Source of the DNA: Octopus vulgaris
Lineage: Eukaryota
NCBI GenBank assembly: GCA_951406725.2
Contig: OX597829.1
Location: 24,366,001-24,430,000, forward strand
DNA length: 64,000 bases
Reading direction: 5' to 3'
Below are positions 50,035-62,716 of the stretch, piece after piece (the first letter of the stretch is position 1; each line of letters starts with the position of its first letter). Made by a program: the position numbers and the translations under genes. The notes under the pieces are model-generated. The model worked only from the letters and a program-made list of their open reading frames with translations. It was not told where the DNA came from and made no database searches.

Positions 50035-53000
50035 CTGCAAAGATATTAAATAAAGATTAGCCAGTTGTAATTAAACCTGGGGTTCTTTAAAGACAGATAT
50101 GCCTCCCAACCACATACTTTTTGCGTTCAGTGTCTTTCTACTGTGACCCTTCATTGAACAAAGCCCTGAGTGGAATTTGTAGAAGGAAATTGAAAAAAAA
50201 ACTCGTCGTCTATATGTGTGTGTGTGCGTGTCTGTCTGTTCCACATCACTTGACAACCGGTGTTGGTTAGTTTACGATCCCATAACTTACCGGTTCGGCA
50301 AAAAGGAGGCAAATAAAGTACTAGGATTCCCCAGTATGACCAAAATGACTTAAGTAAACAAAAAAAAAAATAGAGAATATAAAATGTTATAAAATATCGG
50401 TTGGTCATAGACGGAATACAAAGAAAATGCGACTATATAATTAGTGGTGGTGATGAAGTTATTAGCAGTCACATTATCAAAGATTCCTAAACTCAAAACC
50501 TAGAAGAGTTAAAACAGCCGAAGACGTAAATATTTTACATACTCACACACAATTCTCTCAAACTTGAGATATGAGATGCAAAAAACACGCTATCGACTTA
50601 GAGCAGGAAAGGTCTCGATCGCATCACATTGGTTATAGATAATAAGTAATTGGAAGAAACCTTTGGTCATAGACTTGCTGTTTTAACTCAAGAATCCAGC
50701 ATTTTTTAACCAAAAAGAAATGTAGCAAATAATGCCGTAACACTCTAAAATTTTATGAAGTACGGTGGGGGATATCTTAATGTTATTCACACCTATATCA
50801 CAAACACTGAACGTTTTTATGAACTTCATATTTCAAATGACCCTATCTTGCATAACAGAATTCGTCATAAATTTTTTTTAAAAACCAGGAAATTTCGAAA
50901 TAGGCACCTCATGGGGAAAAAGAAGGAATATATATATATAAATTGTTTAAAGTATTCCTGTATTTTATGAAATATTATTTCTGAACTTCCTAAAACAAAA
51001 TAGAATTTTATGCACGTGTACGCATATATATTAATTAGTGTGTCTGTGACAGGTTTTTTTTTATTGCAAAGTTTAAGACAAACGTAAATAATTAGAATTA
51101 TTGGGTCATATTATACAGATATATGAGATTGACACATGCATACAAGTTACAATGATTATAATGAATTTAATGATAAAATTAGTCAAAATTAAAAACGGAA
51201 CTTGAAGATTATTTAAATATGCATGAACACATAATACCTATGTATTCAGGTGACTACCTTTTCTATGCCTGTGTCACACAGGAATATAAAAAATACTAAT
51301 AGGTGCGTACACATACACACGTGTGTGTGTATGTGTAAATGTACGTATGGAAAAAAAAAAAGCTAAGGCAAATCTGTTAATCTACAAATTCGGATTTCAT
51401 TTTATAGAAAAGAATCTCCGTTTCCGCAAATTCATAGATATATCCTCAGAAACATATATCCATACACAGAAATGCCATATATGATACACACACAAATATA
51501 AATGTATGCATACACATACAATAATAAAATATAATATAAAATAATATAATAATATATAATATAATATCAACACACTATACGACACAGCTTTCTGCCAATA
51601 ATCAGTGTCGGGTAACAAAGTACCCTGTTAAGAACTTTACTGGGTCACGATGCTCCAATAAGTTAAAAGTTGCTCATAGTAATTACTAATGTAGCTCGTT
51701 ATTTAACACAAACTGTTATAATTAAAGATAAACTAATAAGGCAACAAAACTGTTATTAATTAAACCAAAACAATTGCCATACAATTATAACAAGGCCAAA
51801 TTCTTGTCTCTTCTCATAACAGGATACGCTCCGGGTATGGAAACTCGAGGAATTCCCATCGACAAAGAACAATGAAAATTGGACAGATATCAATCAAAAC
51901 TATAAATCGATAAATGAATTGGCAACTTCAATATTGGTAAAGTTCTCAGAATATAGACCTAAGATATTTTTTTTAATAGGCGCAAAGTTTATTGTTTCTA
52001 CATAGTTTAAAGGGAAATCGCAGAAAGCGTGTCACAGGAAAACAAATAAATGATTTAGGGTTATTTTTGAGCTTGACTGTTTTATATTAAAAATGCCTTA
52101 ACATGTGAATAATGCTATTATATAAATCGAGTTGGTATTGTATACAACATGTATTTTTAGTTAATTAACGACTTATAATTTCTTTAATTATATACTTCAA
52201 ACTATTTTTTCTAGACCTAATTGTTTAGGTGAATTTTAATAAAATTAAGCAAATTACAAATTCAATTAGATAGTTTATTGTTAGCATAGGTTATTTATGA
52301 ACAAATGCTAAGTAATTTAAAATATATTTTCGCAATCCAATTGCAAAATTAAACACCGACAATTAAAAAGAAAAAAAATATTGTTTTTAGGACACGGTAA
52401 CCCGACTATTTGAATTCACAACAGCTAAAAATATAAGATACGTTTCGGGTATTAAAAAATATGTAATAAAATGGATTGTGTTACCAAAAATACAAGCTTT
52501 GTATAAGCTTTCTAGAAAAAAAAAATTAAATCGAACAACTCACAAAAAGAAAGGAAGACAGCACCTGGCAGAGTGAACAGACATATTTATGTAAGTTCTA
52601 CGGTTGTGGCTGAATCTGCCAGTAATTTCTTAATTCAAAGGTTGTAGCTGAATTCATCCTACCTCGATGCCTGTATTTGTGAATACAGGCATCGGATATT
52701 TTAGAATGTATACACATATTGTAACGCAGCATGATTAGTAGCTGTGCTGTGATACTGAACTTAGTACTTAGGGTGACTAATTGTAGAACTGACAACGGAT
52801 AACTTTATATTTCCTACAAATAGTCCCACAACGCCGTCAACGTATTCATACGCGTATTTTGAGGGGTTTTTTTTTTTTTTTGAAAAAATGCATATATATA
52901 TTTATATCAGAATTTTTTAAAAAATGCTGCCAAATTGGTTGTTAAAGTGGATATAAATCAATTAACAACATAAAGTAATTTATCATGAAGAATAAGGAAA

Positions 53001-53959
53001 TATAACAAACTTTAAAAATATGACAAGAAACAAAGTTCACATAGTGCGGAAATACATCCGATATGAAAATAATTTCTTGCCTAGAAGTTTCTTCAGTTTC
53101 ATTCAAAGTCGCGGAAACAAAAGATGACGGCTTGGCCAAAGAAAAAAGGTTAAAACAACTTAGAACCCCCTCATAAAGTACCAGTGGATATCATTTTTAG
53201 GGTTTTGAATGTAATTCAACTGCTAAAACAGCATCTCAAAAGAATGCACCTTGAATTACATAAGTTGTTCAGTGGTATTATATAAATTATATAGCGTGGG
53301 TTTGAAATTATGACTGCTTAAATAATCTTTGATGAGTGAAGCTTACGATATGAGATGATGAATAAATAAGGAATAACTCTTCTTAATCGAACAGTTCTTT
53401 TAGAACTGATTGGGTCGAACGTGTAATGGGTTTAAACGGGAACGAAATTTTAACTAGATGACCGCTGGAATTTGCCTTATTGAATATAAGGAAAGAGAGA
53501 GGAAAAAAATGTTTATGGACGCAAATTCTCTTACAGTAATATTATTACATGTAACTAGTTCAAGGGAACGGAAAATGTCAGTTAAGGTCAAGAGGTGCTA
53601 AAATAAAACTAGTGTTTAAAAGTACAACAGGTCAAAAATTCATGAGTGGGAGGGGAGATTTATGGTGAACGGAAAAAGTCACTAGGAAAGAATTTTTTTT
53701 TTTTTATTTAGTTATCATGAATATTGGTTTAGATAAAGGAATAATACTTTCTGAAGTTGCAATTTATAAAATTACATTTCACGTACGTGAAAAAATATCT
53801 CAAAACAATATTTTATCAAAGATATTAACGCGCGCATAACTTGCTGACTCTCCCACTATATCTGAATTTGTAACAATATTTTAAAATTTCCTTTGCCATC
53901 AAAATTTAAAGAACTTTTACTTTGAATTTTATCATATTTATTAACAAGAAGGCTAGATA

Positions 53960-54394
53960 CATTATTTATATTTGACGGATATTTGTCCTCATCTTGTTTG
54001 TTGTTAAAACGTCTCGGCTGATATACCCTCCAGCCTTCATCAGGTGTCTTGGGGGAAATTTCGAACCTGGGTTCTCTCATTCCTAAGATATTTTTCGATA
54101 TTATTATTATTATTATCATTATTCAGGTCACTGCCTGGAATCGAACTCGGAATCTTAGGGTTAGTAGCCCGCGCTCTTAACCCCCAAGATTCCGAGTTCA
54201 ATTCCAGGCAGTGACCTGATCAACAACAACAACAACATGGAAAAATACCTTAGGAATGAGAACCCAGGTTCTAAATTTTCCCTAAGACACCTGATGAAGG
54301 CTGGAGGGTATATCAGCCGAAACGTTGTGTTAACAATAAACAAGTATCCGTCAAATTTAAATAATGTAGATAATTCCTCGTTTCTTAAATATAG
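53960..54394. mobile_element. Head-to-head inverted dimer of a tRNA-headed, hammerhead-bearing short element, 14-bp TSD
   Basis: Two ~200-bp opposed copies; flanks aagaaggctagata (53946-53959) and aagaagactagata (54395-54408). Confidence 0.85.
54286..54331 (+). ncRNA. Minimal type I hammerhead ribozyme motif (Penelope-type)
   Basis: GACAC-CTGATGA-A-GGCTG(loop)CAGCC-GAAA-CG-TT-GTGTT: intact core, stem I 5 bp, stem II 5 bp, palindromic ACGT in place of stem III. Confidence 0.75.
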
Positions 54395-55557
54395 AAGAAG
54401 ACTAGATATTAAAAAAAAAATTGTCACGGAAACTTTTATCATTATAAACAATGAAATATTTTTTTCTTCTATTTCTTCTGTTAATTTAATTATCGTTTAA
54501 ATTGGAATATCCCGAAGTTGACGCATCGAATCAGGAATTCAAAATGGATAACAAGTCCGATATTGCCTTCGTACATGCAAAAGTATGCATTGATAAAAAA
54601 AATGTTAAGCGGAAAGTCAAGGAAGAACGAGAGAAGAAACTAAACTGTAATTATGTATCCACTCGTAAAAAAAGAAGAAAAAAAAAAACGGGATGGTCAC
54701 GACTGGAATTGGGGTGGGGGAAGGAGTATTTAGAAAGGATAAACAATTATGAAATAGTAGCTAAAATCTCCATTCAAAATTAAAAGATAAAAAAATTGCA
54801 ACATAATCGTAACCCTAAACCTGAATCTTTATTCTTAATTCAACACCAAACGCTAATCTTAGATTCTAACCTTAGTTCTCTTGTAACTTAACTAATAATG
54901 CATAATGTGGTATTTGCCACTCTACTCTTGAAAAGGGGGATGCCTAACTGAACATATAGCTGGTAGCACACCTATGACATCACGAACATATTACTATTAT
55001 GAATATGGTATTTACATAAATTATGACTATCTTGAAACAGCTGTCGAGATAATACACGACATAATTTTTTTCAATATCTTTAAATCTGTATTTTGTGATT
55101 CATGTAAATACGTTTCAAATTGTGTTTATCAACTTTATTACCTGTATTACAAACTAATCAACCAACGCTTTTCTTTTCATCTTAAAAATTTTGTTTCAAC
55201 GCTTCTACTACTGGGATATCTCTACATTGTCTTTCACTATTTTTTTCTCTTTAAACTTTTCTTTTAGCTGTTTCAGCCAAACTAGGGAAAAGCCTTGAAG
55301 GATTTTTGTATTTCTTTTACAACCTGGTACTTATTCTATCGGTGTCTTTAACCGAACCGCTACGTTACGGGGGAGGAGGAACATAAGCAACTCTGGCTGT
55401 CAAGCCGTGGTGGACACCATACACATACACACGACTTCCACAAAGTTCAAATCTACCAAATTCATTTACAAGGTATTGGTAAGTGCGGGGGTGTAGTAGA
55501 AGACAGGGCGGACGTAAAGAATGTGGACTGCACCCCCTTTCGTCTTCTTTTTTTAAA

Positions 55558-55874
55558 CAGAATTCACCCATTTTCGAGTACAGATATTCTTATTCTGAAC
55601 CCCCCCCCCACACACACACACAAAAAACCGGCATTTAAATTTCCCCACCAAAATTCTTCAATTTTCACTTTTTTCACAAATTTGGTTTTTGCGAAATACA
55701 TAGAAAAATACGGAGATTATAATTCTCGAAAAACAAATTTTGTAAAGTTACAATTTTTAAGAAAAAAGTGAAAACGGAAGAATTTGGTGGTGGTGGTGGG
55801 GGGGATTGAAATTTTAAAATGCCATTTTTTTTTTGCAGAATCAGAATCCTCGTACTCGAAAATGGGGGATTCTG
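55558..55874. mobile_element. MITE with ~40-bp TIRs
   Basis: cagaattcacccattttcgagtac..ttattctg versus cagaatcagaatcctcgtactcgaaaatgggggattctg. Confidence 0.7.
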
Positions 55875-57240
55875 TAAAAAAAGAAATTAAAAAAAAAAAA
55901 ACCAAAGTAGGTGCGTCCGCTAAAGACACTTGCACAGTGTTCCGCGAAGTGGGACTGAAAGCGAAACCATGTCGTTGCAAGGCAAGCTTCTTAATCACAG
56001 AGACAAGGAATGTAATTTGAAGGAGATTCGGCAGCTACTTTTAACAGGTCGAGTGACCGATGCGGGTAGATGTTGATGACCGGAACGACTTATGCGAAAC
56101 ATTACCCATGTAATCTATTATCTACTGTTTAATGAATACTAAAGTAACCAGTGATGGTTTGTCTATGCAAATATTTAAATAGGAAACAAGTTTCCCGAAG
56201 TTTCCCGAAGTAGAATATATTACTTTACCAAAAAAAAAAGAGTCTAACATTTCGAGACTCTAATTTCATGTTAACGGAATTTTTGTTGTTAACATGGAAC
56301 ACGTGTGAAAATAAGAAAAGAAAAAAAGCATAAAACAATGATTCTTTATACTTAGAGTTCAAACGTCAAGAAATCGTCTTTTTTGCCTTTCTTTCCTCAG
56401 GTCGATAAAATGTCGACTCAGTCAAAGTAATTGTTCAGTATAATTGACTATACCCGCTACAATGTCTGGTTTTGTGTTTGTTTCAAACTATCACTAAAAA
56501 GTTATAAAGTTCTTAAATAGACAATGATTATTCTAAAGTAGGAACACCATTCTTTTTAACCACAATACAGGTGAAAGTTTAACAGTACATATCTTAGCAA
56601 AGTTTGAAAATAAATTCCTAAATAATAATTCTATCTACTATAGGCACAAGGCCTTAAATTTTGGCGGCGGAGACAGGTTGTGCATTGATCCCAATACTCA
56701 ACTGATACTATATTTTATCGACTCTGAAAAGATGAAAGGCAAAGTCGACCTCGGAGGAATTTGAACCCAGAACGCAAAGCTGGGGCAAATGCCGCTAAGC
56801 ATTTTGTCCGATGTGCCTTTTTAATTCCTTCTAACAAAAGTTCAAAGGTTAAGAATCAATAAAATCGAGCCTAGTATTTGATTGTTATTTATTTTATTGA
56901 CGATAAAAGGAGGAAAAACAAAACCTGACTTCGGCATGATTAGAAATCAGGATTTAAAGAGAAATGGTTCCGAAAACAATAATTTAGTTAAATATATTTT
57001 AAAATATATTAATCAACACATTTATTTAGATACAGTACAAACTGAAATATCCAATAGAATTAGAATGTTAATCCTGATTTTCGACGATATAAAAATAATA
57101 TAAATTTATATATAAAGTAGATAAAGCGAGTAAAAGCGAAACAGCTCGTTAATTTAACCTACAGAGAAGTTAACGAAAGTAACTTTAGCAACTATAAATA
57201 TATGAAAAATTACTAAGAATATCAGGTAAAATGCAAGAGG

Positions 57241-57744
57241 GCGGAATTCTGGGTTTAAGTACTACGTATAACACCTTAATAACATTTTTTTTTTCCAGAA
57301 AATTTTTGCAAAATTTGCCGTGTTCTGCACACGGGAATTCATACATTTGTGGGGGGGAAAAAATTCCCTATCAATCCTAAAATTTCCCCTCTTTTTCGAT
57401 TTAAAAAAAAAAAAAAAATCAGAGTTTAAAATACGAAGTTTTTTGCGTCAGTCCTTGCAATGGCCCGCTTTTGGGTGCATTATCATTCCATTCAGTATGT
57501 TTATGGGGAGAAAAATATTGAAATAGATGTCAGAGTGACAAAGAAACGAGGAAGGTATCAGGTGGTCGTGGGATGTGCTAAAACACCAGCTAAATCGCGA
57601 ACAAAAATGATCTTTTAAAAAAAATAATAATTGTATGAATCCCCGTGTATAAAACAAAATTCGTAAAATTTTTCAAAAAAACTTCCCAAAAGTTTTTTTT
57701 AATTTATGAGAGGTTAACATGGTATGCTTAAACCAGAATTCCAC
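57241..57744. mobile_element. Degenerate foldback/MITE with ~110-bp imperfect TIRs
   Basis: ggaattctgggtttaag / cttaaaccagaattcc; acacgggaattcataca / tgtatgaatccccgtgt. Confidence 0.6.
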
Positions 57745-58819
57745 AAAAAATTGCTTCTATTTTAAAAAAATGTTTCGTCAAAAACATAGGGATCTGATAT
57801 ATTGAAAGACAATATAAAATTAGGATCTGTAAAACAGACAGAGAAGGGGGATTTGTTTTATTTAATATCTTAAATAATACATTTTTTTTATTTACATGTA
57901 ATTATATAAACAGTGTTATGTACAGGTCATATAGTGTCAATTAATGACTTGAAATATTTAGTTATTTTTCACTATTATTTGTAGTGTTAAAATGAAATGT
58001 GATATTTTCCCATAGCATTCTTTAGTCCTTATTCATTTCGTCCTTGATAGAACAGAGACTCTTCTACAGACGTCACCTGATGCATCTATAATTTAGCATT
58101 CTCTCTAGTATACCTGTGCTTTACCTTACACACAACAAAACATATCTAATTTCTTGCTATGCCAAACAGAACTTCTGCAGATGTTTCACATTCAAAGCAA
58201 GGTGTCACAACCACGCAACAAGTCACTCTTTACATACGAACTTAACAACGCCAACCTTGAAAAAGGAAGAGAGAGAGAGGGGGGGGGAGATAATTCTGTT
58301 ACTGACAAGTAATGTCGTCGAATTTCTCCTCCCCCACCTCATACACTTTTTTTTACTACAGGTAATATATTTTCTTGCTTTTATCGTTAATTAGGAGAGA
58401 GATGATCAGTTATAAAGGCAACTGAAAACTGGCAAGTGCTTCCACTAAAACTACTTGAGTTTGAAGTACCACTGAATTTGAAGTACCAGAGACACAACTA
58501 TATATATATTTTTTATTCATATTAGCATTTAGTTTCTACTTTACAACAAGGTCACTTCCAGGGAAGCACTGAAATTATGTGTTCTCTGTTGTAAATAAAT
58601 ATAAGCATATTTTCTTTTTTGCTGTGAAGACTTCTGGATCTTTAAATCAAACTTTTTTCTGCAGGAGCGGCTGTGTGGTAAGTAGCTTGCTTACCAACCA
58701 CATGGTTCTGGGTTCATTCCCACTGCGTGACACCTTGGGCAGGTGTCTTCTACTATAGTACCAGGTCAACCAAAGCCTTGTAAGTGGATTTGGCAGACGG
58801 AAACTAAAAGAAGCTCGTC

Positions 58820-58851
<32 letters not shown>

Positions 58852-59277
58852 CTGTGTTTGTCCCCCCCCCACACATTGCTTGACAACCGATGCTGGTGTG
58901 TCCCCGTAACTTAGTGGTTCGGCCTACCTCAAGTTGACCCAACAGAGAGAATGGCAATTCAAGTTGATAGCAGTGTAGTAAATAAAGCAATTAAAGGTAC
59001 GAAGATAAGGAAAGCTACTGATCCATCAGGGATAGTAACTGAGATACTCAGAATATCTGGCGACGTAAGATACATGCTAATCACCTGAACAATATCAAGT
59101 AAAACTTGAAGGTGTTATAAGCAGCACTGGATGAACCATTAAGCAAATTCAGCATATGCTTAGGGTATCAAGGTAAGTGGAGCACTACAGGAATGGTAAA
59201 TAGTTTGCATCACAAAAGAAAAAAACTTCAACCCTTTAGCATTTACATTATTCTGTCAAAAGTAATGCATTTTCATT

Positions 59278-59520
59278 ATTTACATTTGACAGATATTTGT
59301 CCTCATCTTGTTTTGGCTGATATACCCTCCCGCCTTCATCAGGTGTCTTGGGGAAATTTCGAACGTAGATTCTCATTCCGAAGGTATTTTTTCGATATTA
59401 TTATCATTATTATTATTATTCAGGGCACTGCCTGGAATCGAACTCAGAATCTTGGGGTTAGTTGTGGTTAAGAGCACGGGCTACTAACCCCAAGATTCCG
59501 AGTTCAATTCCAGGCAGTGT

Positions 59521-59556
<36 letters not shown>

Positions 59557-59717
59557 CAACATTGGGAATGAGAATCCAGGTTTGAAATTTCCCCAAGACA
59601 CCTGATAAAGGCTGGAGGGTATATCATCCGAAACGTGTTGACAACGAACAAGATGAGGACAAATATCCATCAAATGTAAATAATGTATATAATTCCACAT
59701 CTCTTAAATATAGAACT
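59278..59717. mobile_element. Second head-to-head inverted dimer of the same element, 16-bp TSD, nested in a piggyBac-type MITE
   Basis: Flanks gtaatgcattttcatt (59262-59277) and gtaatggattttcatt (59718-59733); tRNA-like head tgtggttaagagcacgggctactaacccc..gagttcaattcc. Confidence 0.85.
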
Positions 59718-60144
59718 GTAATGGATTTTCATTCACATTGTTTTGAATTAATCATGTATTATCTTGTAGCTTCGAAGTTTTGATGAGGTAACTTCATTTT
59801 GTTTTAATGATATATTGCAGGGTTGGTGTGAGAGAATAGATCTGGACTGTTTGACTATAAAACAGGTAGAGTATTTCAGCCGGATATGGCCAGTTTAAAT
59901 GCTAAAACAATATTCAGGATGCCCTATTTCCACTAAGTAAAGAAGTAGGTCCGTTACATGAGATGAATTTTGAGGATCTGCTGAAAGACTTTGCAATTTA
60001 AGAAAAAATAATAGAAAACTTTTCAAATATAAATAAAGTGGAAGTATATAAAAATAAATATTATTTTCCCTCTTATGGTTAGTTTTGGTTCATTTTGAAG
60101 AATAAAAATTTATTTTACGGTTTATTATTGTTTATATTTTGAAT

Positions 60145-62716
60145 TCATCATCATCATTGTTTAACGTCCGTTTTCCGCGCTAGCACGGGTTGGACAGTTC
60201 GACCAGGGTCTGGGAAGCCAGGGGCTGCACCAGGCTCCAATCTGATCTGGCAGTGTTTCTACAGCTGGATGCCCTTCCTAACGCCAACCACTCCGCGAGT
60301 GTAGTGGGTGCTTTTTACGTGCCAGGGGAGACTGGCATCGGCCACGATCGATTGGTGCTTTTAATGTACCACCGACACGGAAGCCAGCCAAGGTGGCGCT
60401 GGCATCGGCCACGTTCGGATGGTGCTTTTTATGTGCCACCGGCACAGAAGTCAGTCGAGGCGGCGCTGGCAACGGCCACGTTCGGATGGTGTTTTTTATG
60501 TGCCACCGGCACAGAAGCAAGTCGAGGCGGCGCTGGCAACGGCCACGTTCAGATGGTGCTTTTTATGTGCCACCGGTACAGGTATCACAACTACTATTTC
60601 TATTTATTTCGATGTTCATGTACTTGACTCAACAGGTCTCCTCAAGCACAGCGGGATGTTCTGGAATCCAAGGTACTTTGAATGGGCAGGGGCTATGTGG
60701 AACTGGATCAGGAAGCAGCTCGGGTCTTTGCAGTCACAGCATATCTCCAGAGTTCTCGGTCCTTCGCCATTGCCTCAGTGAGGCCCAACACTCTGAGGTC
60801 GTGCTTGACTACCTCTCCCCCTGATTCCTTCAACTGTTTGGGAGCGGCACTTCTTCACACATCTCTCTTCATCCATCTGCAGTACATGACCATACCATCG
60901 CAAGCGTCGCTCTTGCACACCACATCTGATACTTCTTATGTCCAGCATTTCTCTCAGGGTGCTTACACTCTGTCGTGTGTGCACACTGACATTACACATC
61001 CAGTGGATCATGCTAGCTTCATTTCTTTCAAGTCTACGCATGTCCTCTGCAGTCACGTCCCATGTTTCACTACCGTGAAGCATGGCAGTTTGCACACATG
61101 CATCATACAATCTACCTTTCACTCTGAGTGAGAGACTCTTTGTCGCCAGTAGGGGTAGGAGCTTTCTGAACTTTGCCCAGGCTATTCGTATTCTAGTGGT
61201 GACACTCTCTGAGCATCCACCTCTACTACTAACTTGGTCACCCAGGTAGCGGAAACTATCGACTACTTCTAGTTTCTCCTCCTGGAGTGTGATGGAATCT
61301 GTTCTCTGAGTATTTGTGGTGTCTATTGTCCCTGTGCATCTGCCGCACATGAAAGCTATCTTATCAGTTAATTTCCCTTTGATGTTGCTGCACCTCTTAT
61401 GCATCCATAGCTTACACTGGGTGCATCTTATGGAGTTTCTACCTACGCCTTTCCTACAGATCGAGCAGGACAACCTGCCCGATGGGGTGTGTGCTGAGTT
61501 CGCCTTTCTGCTTACTGTAACTTTGGTTTTTGCTACATTTACTCTAAGGCCCTTTGATTCTAAACCTTGCTTCCACACCCGAAATTTCTTTTCTAGTTCC
61601 GGTAGTGATTCTGCTATGAGGGCCAGGTCATCAGCATAGAGGAGCTCCCAGGGGCAACCTGTTTTGAATTCCTCTGTTATTGCCAGGAGGACTATGATGA
61701 ATAAAAGGGGACTGAGGGCTGAGCCTTGGTGTACACCTACTTCTACCAGGAATTCTTCACTATATTCGTTGCCAATCCTAACCTTGCTGGCAGCCTCTCT
61801 GTATAGGGCCTGTACAGCCCTTATTAGCCATTCGTCAATCTCCAGTTTCCGCATCGACCACCAGATAAGGGATCGGGGGGACCCTGTCAAAGGCTTTCTC
61901 CAAGTCCACAAAAGCTATGTAGAGGGGTTTATCTTTAGCTAGGTACTTCTCCTGCAGTTGTCGGACCAGGAATATAGCATCAGTGGTGCTTCTACCCAGC
62001 ACAAAACCGAACTGCATCTCATCTAAGCAAATTCTCTCCCTAATGAGATGGGTTATGACCCTCTCTGTGACCTTCATCACTTGATCCAACAGTTTAATTC
62101 CCCTGTAGCTATTTCTATCTAGAGCATCACCCTTACCCTTGTAGCAGTTGACTATGGTGCTGCTATGCCAGTCATTGGGTATGACTCTATTATGAACTAC
62201 CTGGTTTACAATGCGGGTGACTAGGCCATAGCCCACATAACCAGCTGTTTTAAGCATCTCAGCAGTGATTCCTGATGGGCCGGGGGCTTTACCTGGTTTC
62301 ATACCCTTAATTGCCTTAACTACAAGGGAGCTGTCTATTCGGATAGCTGGTCCCTCTACTGGCTCAACATTTGGCAGCCTCTCCTCCTCCCATTCATTCT
62401 CCACATTCAGCAGTCTTTCATAGTGGCTTTTCCAAGCCTCTTTCTTTTCACCAACATTAAAAGCAAGTGCCTCATCATCCATGCGGACACATTTCTCTCC
62501 TGTAACATCACTATTTTCTCTCACACACAGTCTAGCAATCCGAAACACCTCAGCTCTTTGGTCCTCACGTCGCTGGACATTGGCAAACTTCTTTTCTGCT
62601 ACATCTTTGGCTATGTATACCTGCCGCCCAGCCTCCTTTTTGGCTACTTGGTACAGTTCCCTGCTACCCCCATCCCTCCAGGCTTTCCAGGCCTGTTTCT
62701 TTGCACTAATGGCTTT
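60145..62716 (-). mobile_element. 5'-truncated RTE-clade LINE (RT, frameshift near 61880, repeat-containing 3'UTR, (GAT)n tail)
   Basis: ORFs 61835-62800 and 60775-61911 carry KAPGPSG, FVDLEKAFDRVP, GVHQGSALSPLLF, YADD, FRYLG, RLRWYGHV. Confidence 0.93.

Noticed and set aside
54502-54783. 93-aa plus-strand ORF in the CpG-richer zone
   Set aside because: TTG start, poly-A-derived Lys runs, no recognisable domain or splice signals.
54808-54880. Telomere-like taaccctaaacct.. run
   Set aside because: Highly degenerate, with at most one true CCCTAA unit; not an interstitial telomere or telomerase template.
60330-60580. Regularly spaced ~60-bp repeats resembling a CRISPR array (also 3620-4060)
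   Set aside because: Tandem units without unique spacers, inside an RTE LINE 3'UTR; eukaryotic context and no cas genes.
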